DNA from: Catajapyx aquilonaris
Taxonomy: Eukaryota
Assembly: GCA_000934665.2 (NCBI GenBank)
Contig: JYFJ02000539.1
Span: forward strand, 1-64,000
Direction of reading: 5' to 3'
DNA length: 64,000 nt
Shown: one piece after another, positions 55,636-64,000 of the stretch
How the letters are laid out: each line of letters starts with the position of its first letter
How positions within the stretch are numbered: position 1 is the first letter of the stretch
Translations under genes and position numbers: made by a program
Notes under the pieces: model-generated
What the model was told of the DNA's origin: nothing
Seen by the model: only the letters and a program-made list of their open reading frames with translations
Database searches by the model: none

Positions 55636-56139
55636 AGGTGATAGCAAACCGTAGCTTACAACTGGTGATAATTGGGTATATACCATGAGTGCATAGACCT
55701 CCAAATGCAGGTGCACCCATTGTAAATAAATATCCGACTATATACGCAATCGGTTTATAACTCTTCTATCACCACAGTCAATATTCATCGCCAAATGTGA
55801 TGGAATTTTTTACCAATTTGAGTGAATAAGTACAAATCACTCGCGAATCCATAATCAGATTTCTTCGAAAAGCAAACTTCAAGTAAAAATATTTTGGAGT
55901 GCATATATTCGTTGTGGTCAAATTTAACGAACCTAATTTATATTGATAAGATAATTAGAATTGCTGAATATTATTATGTGCTGCCTCGGGGTCAAATTTG
56001 TGATTTGTGATTTTTATTTTTATTTTATTTCTTTGCTTACCAAAGCATCAGATTGTGGAGGTGATCGCACCCAACTGGTGAGAATTGGGCAACTATGGGT
56101 GCATAGACCTCTTGAGATGCAGGTGTACACATTGTAAAT
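55636..56139. repeat. Degenerate direct repeat pair (~80-90 bp, ~420 bp apart)
   Basis: 55636-55727 and 56059-56139 share the ordered blocks AGGTGAT.GCA, CAACTGGTGA.AATTGGG, GTGCATAGACCTC and ATGCAGGTG.AC.CATTGTAAAT. Confidence 0.8.
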
Positions 56140-59100
56140 CGCCAAAGGGAAAAGGCATTAGTACCTGTTCTCTGTATAACTAGACAATCTCAACCCGCTT
56201 TTTACAAGTGGTTAGAATGGAGACATCTGCGCAGGGACATTTTTTCCCCCACCTCCCCACCACACCCCCCTCAAAAATAGCGCCAGTAATTCTTTCAAAC
56301 CTTGCTGCAGGTAATACCTACAAAATCCCATGCTCATGTAAGCTTATGCTGTATAAAAGGGGAATTTATTAGCACACCCATAAAAAGGGTTACTTGTTTT
56401 TCCACATTGCAACGTGGATTACAACGTAATTTCGGGCCAGTTTTTTTTCCGAAGGGGGGGGTCCCTCCTCCCACCGAGGGCGGATTATTCGTGCATTGCC
56501 AATTAAATTAACCAGGGTATGAGAGGAGTTGTAGACAAAGAGGTGCTAGGAGGGCTCCAAATTAATAGAAAGGCAACATACCCACGTCAGCCTGAGGGTA
56601 CAGCCCAGTAAAAAATTCAAGCAGGGGATAATAAAGAGAAGCGTCACTTTGCAGGCCTGTTGAAAAATTCAAATTAATAAAGTGTTATCATTCGAGCCTG
56701 AAGCAGCCCACCCTGAAAGATTCAGACAATAGTCCTAAACAGGTGTGTTCCTGCCACTCCATGCCACAGCAATTTTAAGTGATTCCAACACTCCCTCCCC
56801 ACGGTAAATATACGAAATTTCAGGGAAAGTCCGTGGCTTAATGGCGAATATTAGCACCAGTGCGGGCTGCTGAAACATTCAAATTAATTAGCAATCCGCC
56901 CGCGCTGTTTTCCCCGCCTCCCGTTGCCAAGCGACAGCCGCCGGATATGTATCGGTATACCCCTCCCACACATTTGATATGACCTCTCAAAGTGATTCGG
57001 TAAATACACACTGATGCTCTCTACCCAGGCTGAATATTAGCCAGAGGAAAACCAGCCCAGGCCCCTGATGTTTCCCCGCCCATGAAATAATTCCCGCATT
57101 TTAAGTGCGAGCACGTCTTCTCCTTCCGAAGCGCAATGACAAGCTGCAGACTGCCAGGCGGACTAAGACGGTTCATCATCATAATAGTCAGCCCTCTTGG
57201 TAACGTGATTTGGACTTGAAAAAACCGAGGAACTGGAGTATGATCAGAATTAACACTGCTGTTCCATTTCCAACATATGGCAGCAGATTTTTGCTGAATT
57301 GACACCTGAATCATAAACGTGTGATTAATAATGATGAGGTGATCAGCCCGCTTTTAAAAAAATGGGTAAATTAAGTTGCATGGCCATTTGGCTGCCATAT
57401 TTTCCTAATATATTGCGCACGTATCCGGCCTACACACATTGTATTAACAAGATTTGTCACCTTGCTTGCCTTGGAAGCAAGATGACCTTCCCTTTTGGAC
57501 AGTTCTTCAACCCGTCGCGGGCTTGAACCTGTCTGCCCTTTACGGAATGCGTACATATGCCGAAAATCATCCATATGCATATGGCGTGATCAGACTTTCC
57601 AGGAAATATACCGGCCTTATAATTCCATAGGATAGATGCAGGTTTTTTGAGGTCTGTGGGAGGTATGATCGTAGCAGCACCGCCTACTTGGGAACCGGCC
57701 TGAAGCAATTCAGAAAAAAAAAAAGAGGACGTTCGTTCGAATAAGAAAAAGGGGCCTTTTGAGAGTCGTGTTCCACCGCGAAAACCTCGCCGGAAACTAT
57801 TCAGATCTGAGCAAAAAGGAGAAAAAGAAGGTGGGGGGGATTCGAAGGAGCAAGAGACCAACTAAAAAGCTCCGACCAAAAGCAACACCCATCGGAAGAC
57901 GCTAAAGGAACTTCTGACAACCGGCCTGCCCCCCTGTCTTTTCGGGACAGGACAACCTTCGGCTGGATTAGACCTCTTCTTCGGTCCCATCCAATGAGAC
58001 AGCGGGACGTCATGTTGTTCAGGGGGGACCAGCCTTTTTAATTGGGATTGTCAAAACCCATGTGCTCAGGGGGCAAACTCTGGTATTACGGAACATTCGA
58101 GAAATATTTTAAGCAGAAATGGTACTATATCATCTACGATAAACTGAACAGTCAAGACAGCAATGAGTTTTTAATCCCCCTTTCAATTAAAACCTGGATA
58201 TTTTTAGCAGGAGGACGTCTATAAACGATGAAAGGAGGTTTGTGTTACCTAGTTGCTCTTATCTCACGCAACTAAAGCAACTTCCGTTTTTATATGTTGA
58301 GATCAGATTGTCCTCTCCTACATGGTACATGACTCGGGCCTTTGTGAAGAGGACTTCCTTGATAATCCTTTACATTAGCGCCACACTTGTTAGGACCTAT
58401 TTTGGCCTCACTATAAAGGACCTGTTTTGTCCAAAACACTATTATGATTTTTTACTCCTCCACATCCACATTTCCTGAGCATTCTAATTATGTTTCGCAA
58501 GATAGGAGAAGCGCCATCCCGTCGGCTCGTTTGGATGCCAGATGCAAAGAACGCGATCCACGGAAGATTCAAGCCAACTTCCTCTCAAGTATAAACAAAA
58601 AAAAAATCGCATGTGTAAAAAAGGGGGTAAAAATTGAGCAAATGACAATATTTGTGCGAAATTATTGTCTATCACGTACTACGTATGTGTGATAATATTT
58701 ACCAACTGTTTCCTGCAACTGCAAAAAAAAGTTATTCGGTAAGGTCCCGATGGGTCCATGCTCAAGCCCCGCTCAAAGGGACCGTGAGATGTTTATCACC
58801 CGAGCAGTAGGCTACATAAGCCTCTCTTGGGACCAGGTCCTCTCTCCCGACTTGCTGAATCCGGGATTACGTCCGGTCGAGGTTGGAGACCCAGCATTAG
58901 CGTATCATTGAACAAACTATGCTTCCCAAGAAAGCTGGCCCCTTCTTGGAATCCCAAATTAATTCCTACGACCTCTATAGTCACCCAATGCGTTTGAACT
59001 GGTATGGATATCAGCCAAAGGGTCATCTGGCAGTTGGGGCCCCTATTCTGCCATCTGCCCCCGAGTGACCCCTTATGTCAACGTCTTTGTCCGGGAGTGT

Positions 59101-62100
59101 CGATGCAGAAGTGATCCCACCTGCACTTTGCGGGGGAAGAGGTGTAAAAGAAGAAGAATTGCGGCCTCATAGTGCATCAAATTGGGCAAAAGGTCGGGGG
59201 TTGTGCCGACAATCCACCGCGGGCAATAAAGCCAGAGTCGGGGGCGGGCATGGGGGAAAAGTTGAAGAAAGGGCCATCCAGTCGGATTGTTGGCGGGGTC
59301 CAGCTGTGGCCTCCCACGCAGGGGGTCTCCAAAAGGCCGCTGACCACCTTTTGTGACCACCCCCTCATCTTGGACAGTGTCGCCTTGCCTTTGGACACAA
59401 TTTATTGCCATATTTTGGACAGCCCACGACCCCTGCTTCAAAACCTCCTCAGCAATTACACTACCCGCTTGTGTTGTAAGTGCCTCGCAACAAAGAATCG
59501 CAAAAGTGGCGGTTACCGGTTCTTATCCTTTTCATCCACAAGGGGGACAACAGCTTGGAAAACCGGCCGCCATTTTCTGCTGAATTGTCAATATTCACCA
59601 AACTGCATAATTTTATTCATTTGGGGCTGCTTCTTCGAGTGTAACTTACAGAATTGATAGATTGTTCAGAAATGAACACATATTACAGAGTGACAGCCGG
59701 AAGGAGGTCGACACGAAGAACCAATAGTCACGTAACAGCACACCTGAATGGTGTTGGGCCCCCGTATTGGTCACGGCATCCCACGCATTGACGTATGAAG
59801 TGGACCCCCGGCTTTGATATACGGCCAGTCAGCTCCTGGACCCGGATTTCAATCCTGAGGGCTCGTCCTTTGACCCTGGCATCCAATCTGGTTCCGGATT
59901 GTTATGGCCCCAGCCCTCCGAGGCAATGCCGAGCAGAAGGGGCGGTTAGGGAGCCTTCTCTTCCAGCCCCCTGTCTTTCCCAGATGACAAGCCCTGGACT
60001 CTCCTGGAACCCCTTTTCTGCTGGGCAGATGGGAAGTGAAACAAAAACGAACCGCCCGCAGTAATTCATAATGGCAACTGATGAAACTGAATAGGCTTGC
60101 TCTTCCAAAAAGTCCATTAGTGCTGGCAGAAGCTAGCGTCACATTACCACAGAGATATTTGTCGGGTCTTATCAACAACAATGCTTTTGGGGATAGGGTT
60201 GTTTTTTCTTATGATGATTCAGTACAATGGTGCGGTATCGCCCAAACTTTCTTGTTGCATGTCATTCACTTTGATTGACTTCCAGACATGATCAGGAGGA
60301 AATTGAATATTTACACGAGCACAGTCATTTCACCTCACGTGCGTGTTTCTTTTCACATACTGCAGTGCCTATTGTGGCATTACCAGACGAATTAATTATT
60401 CCCTTTGAGCACTCCATCTCGATGGATTTCTTCTTCACGATATCGTGCCAGGTACCTATGTTAAGTAGGCGTGGGGAGTCCTTCGGTAATGTGAAAGTGG
60501 GAAAGAGGTCGGGTCATGCCGAACAATTATAACAGCCCGCATTAAAGACGGGTCATCAAAGAGAGTGAAAGGGAATCACCGATCGAAAGTAACGTATCTG
60601 GCGGTGATCGACCCGCACTGTATGATAATGAATCAATCGCATCCCCATTTTGGGACATTGGGAAATATATGTGTACCGGTACCCCTCCCATACTCTGTAT
60701 ATAGAACCAGACGGAAACCAGGTTTGAATATAGCACTCATGCGGTCTATTGGCCGATCACCTTTCTCAAGTCATTCCTCGTACGTGTCTTTCCACATGTA
60801 TACCAACAGCACCTGACTTCAGCTTATTTTGTGTGGACCCACCCTGTGGATGCAGCCACAACCAGCCAAACCTAATCTCCACAGTCTCTGATGAATTTCC
60901 TAAATTCCGCCAAGTTCATCTCGGGGCCTAACTAATTTCATGTGGATATCCCCGATGCAGTCATAGCGGGAGCAGGGGAGGTACCGCCACAGTTCGCAAT
61001 AGTAATTAGAGTAATTGCACCGGTGTGGTTAGCTAGCGTGGGGAATTGAGCTAACAGGCCGAATGCTTAATTATATCAATTATTGGGTTGTCGGTTGTAG
61101 CGTAACAAATGGCAATGCCTCTCCCTATTTTTTTGCATCTTTTTTTTCGGGGGGGAGTGTAGGGTGGGCCTTCTGCACCAAGCTCTTTGGCCGCCATGGG
61201 GAGTCATCCGTGGGGAAGCGATTAGAGGTCCCACCCCCCTGGTGTCATTGTTTCATTCGTTTTGAGCCTTTGGCACACGTTTTTCACCGATGCTCTTTCC
61301 GCGACATTACTCGCCATGGGCAAGCTTGGAAATAGGCGACAGCAATTGGGACAAAGCCACGCGACGAAATCAATTCATCGACGCCCGGAGGACTCGGATT
61401 CAAACCCGACGCTGCTGGATTTATAAAAAAATAGAGAGAGAGATTGCACAATGCTGGTTCTCTCTACTGGGGGTTTGATCATATTGCGTAGCGCCCCAGC
61501 AATTTTGCGTATTTCCGACTCGTTAATTGCAAACGCGACAGCCAGCATCTATTTGTACGCCTCTATAGAATGAGATCGTGGGGAGGGAACCGGATCGGAT
61601 TTTTTCACCTCATGTGTACTCTGTTCAGCCGAAATTCGGTCGAATACAACTCGGCCCAAATATCCCCATCAGATCAACTGAGTAATGCGCAGATGCGTGT
61701 TCTGGTTCCATCAAGCCAGACATTTCCATAGTGAAGGGCTTGTAAACTTCTTTTTTTTTCTAACCTGTATGGGAGAATCCGTCCCCATCATATACCGGTA
61801 CTAGCAAATCAACAGTGAAACGTGGTATTGTGAAAGTGGTCCTGGCTTGCATCTGTACTAATTTGGAGTCTCGGTAGGACTGTTGAACTACACGAATTTT
61901 GCACCCACCCACGCGATCGATGTCTAAAAAGGTAATTTGTACACAGGTCCACCAATTAATTCTCGTACAAAAGCAGGGGCTGGTCCTTGACTAAAATTGC
62001 CATCTCGTATGTGGCGACATATTATCCACACACACACATGCAGCAGCATCCAACCCCCTCCTCTCGAGAGTGACAGATGATGAAGTGAATCGACCCAACC

Positions 62101-63358
62101 AGTAGGGGACTCTTTATTATGTGAGCCATCCTAATGTTTGCATTAGATGTGCAGAGCGGCCAATGGGTGCCATTCAGGCCCGGCTTCCATGTGCTTCAGA
62201 ACTGGAGTGGGGCGTTGAAAAACCGGGGATCTCTCCTGACCACTTCTTTGCACAACCAGCGCACCGATTTGATGCCACGTGTGCACAAGGTTTGCCAAAA
62301 TGTACTCCCCGATTTATAGGTGCCAAGAGAAACATGCGCGCTACATAGGTGTGTTGTTGACTCAATGTGTGCCTGTTACAAATGATATCTAATAAAGACA
62401 CGGTCCAGCCGGCACGTGACGTCCTTTTGGTCATCCAGTAGGGGGGGTCAACAGCAGTCGAGATTTCCCCATAGAATCGGAGGGGGTCCAGTCCAAATGA
62501 GCCATCCCTGCACGCGGCAGACCATTGTCCACCCCTTTTTGGCTGGCCAGATGCCCAAGCGACGGTCTCCCCCCCACATCATTTGGAAGGCCCTTTTGTG
62601 GGCTAGAAATAGGCCTAATGGTAGGGCGGGGACTTGATGTGGAGTTTTGGGAGGTGGAAAACGGGGAGAGGGTAAGTCCAGCTACCGACTCTTTTGCCCC
62701 CTTCAGACACCTTCTCTAGGACCTAAAATGTCGAACCTGCCAGCAATATCCTTTATGCGCTCGGTAATAGTCTGGAGGAATTTTCTTCCAGACGAAAGAT
62801 GCTTTCCAGACACCGGCTGCTAAATTGCTCCAGATGCTTTCCTCACTTCCCTCCGTCATTCATTTCCCCGCACTTTTTCCCCTCAAACGCCTCTAAACGA
62901 AAAGCTCAAAAACTGGAGGCCCCCTGAAGCAGTCTCGCATTTGTATCCGCACTAAGAATTTCATAACCCTGGCCCTCCCTTTCCTTCCTTCCTTCCTACC
63001 CAGCAGAAACGTGACACCTCCCCTTGCCTCCTTCCCCCCCCCCCTTTCCTTTTCCCTCCGTCTCCTTCATTTAAATTGATTCAACGCCGCTTTATCTCTC
63101 GGTTTATCTCTGACTTCTCCTCTCCCGCCAGGATCTATGGAACCTCATCCCTAACGAAGATGGGGAGTGTCCAAAACGCGTTTTGTTAGTGTCAACTTGC
63201 GGCAAAGGCGACGGCAGTGAAAATACTCAAATATATATCTTACTTTATGTGCTGGGGGCTGTTTTTCTTATACGTCAGCTGAAATGGGGGTACGTTTACT
63301 TTCGTGACAATATTATGCAACATTACTGCAGTCCCAAGGAGAAACACCCTAACTGCAA

Positions 63359-63450
63359 AACTAGTAAGGGTGAAAGTCGCATCCACTAATCCCTAGTGAG
63401 CCAATAGGGATTAGTGCAGGACATGCATGCGACTTTCACCCTTACTAGTT
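63359..63450. repeat. Nested inverted repeat (92-bp hairpin)
   Basis: The outer arms AACTAGTAAGGGTGAAAGTCGCAT (63359-63382) and ATGCGACTTTCACCCTTACTAGTT (63427-63450) pair perfectly over 24 bp. The inner arms CACTAATCCCTA (63384-63395) and TAGGGATTAGTG (63405-63416) pair perfectly over 12 bp. Confidence 0.93.
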
Positions 63451-64000
63451 CTATTCTTCCTCCCTGCCGGCTGCCCCGCGAAGCGGGACAACCGGCTCGC
63501 GAAAAAGGAATAGTGGGGAATCGCTACGCGAGTACGCTCCCAATGTTAATTTTGTTTGTAGTAAGTGTGTATCTCCTTGGGACGGCAGATTAGTCGCCAT
63601 GACAGTTCAGGGCAAACAATTTGTAGTTCTGACAGTGAGATTCATACATCCAATCAGGTTCCCCTTGCCAATACAGGCCTGCTAATCAAACAAGCCAGGC
63701 TCCAATTATTGCCATATGAAGCATCTGGAGGAGGCCTTAATAACCATCCAGGAAGGGCCTAAAGTTTCCCGAAAATCAATAAGAGCAACAAACGGTCTCT
63801 GGAGATCAGGGTTAAGCCCGAATAGGTCTTCCCTTGAGAGCATGCAAGCCTTAGGGTCTGGGGAGCAGCCTCAAGAAAGGCACAGGCAGCAATGATTTAA
63901 AGTGGAGGAGTGCGTCCGACACGATTTTTCTTCCCCCAAAATTCGTGGAAAACCACCCGGAAACTGGAGAACTCAGGGGGAGAATAGAGGAATCCTTGCG

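Larger units (their letters stand above)
21478..64000 (+). other. Very long first intron (>=42.5 kb, continues past the window end)
   Basis: Starts at GTGAGT at 21478. I found no downstream ORF with C2H2/C2HC fingers and no convincing in-frame large exon up to 64000. Confidence 0.65.

Noticed and set aside
61015..61065. GTGTGGTTAGCT resembling part of miR-34 in a small stem
   Set aside because: The seed (GGCAGTG) is absent and the stem is too short for a pre-miRNA.

Overview
Eukaryotic, probably invertebrate animal, draft-assembly DNA that is almost entirely non-coding. None of the listed six-frame ORFs looks like a complete real protein. The window appears to be the 5' half of a large developmental transcription-factor locus, most likely spalt/Sall. 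It holds about 21 kb of upstream DNA, a GC/CpG-rich promoter at ~20.8-21.7 kb, and a 76-nt first coding exon (21402-21477, MSRRKQAHPSRHLDAEDGLVSSLQN-G) carrying the NuRD-recruiting MSRRKQxxP motif. A first intron of at least 42.5 kb follows and runs off the window. The two strongest observations are (1) a recursive-splice 'ratchet' site in that intron (Y14-AG|GTAAGT at 42849/42850), followed by a 68-nt cryptic RS-exon with its own GTAAGT donor and an in-frame stop, and (2) an ~85-bp promoter block resembling the vertebrate SALL promoter/leader as I recall it. The window also contains an intact tRNA-Arg-like SINE with a 15-bp target-site duplication, a decayed MITE-like element, near-perfect hairpins, micro/minisatellites, and two N-joined duplications that are probably assembly artefacts. 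The organism cannot be identified from the sequence alone.
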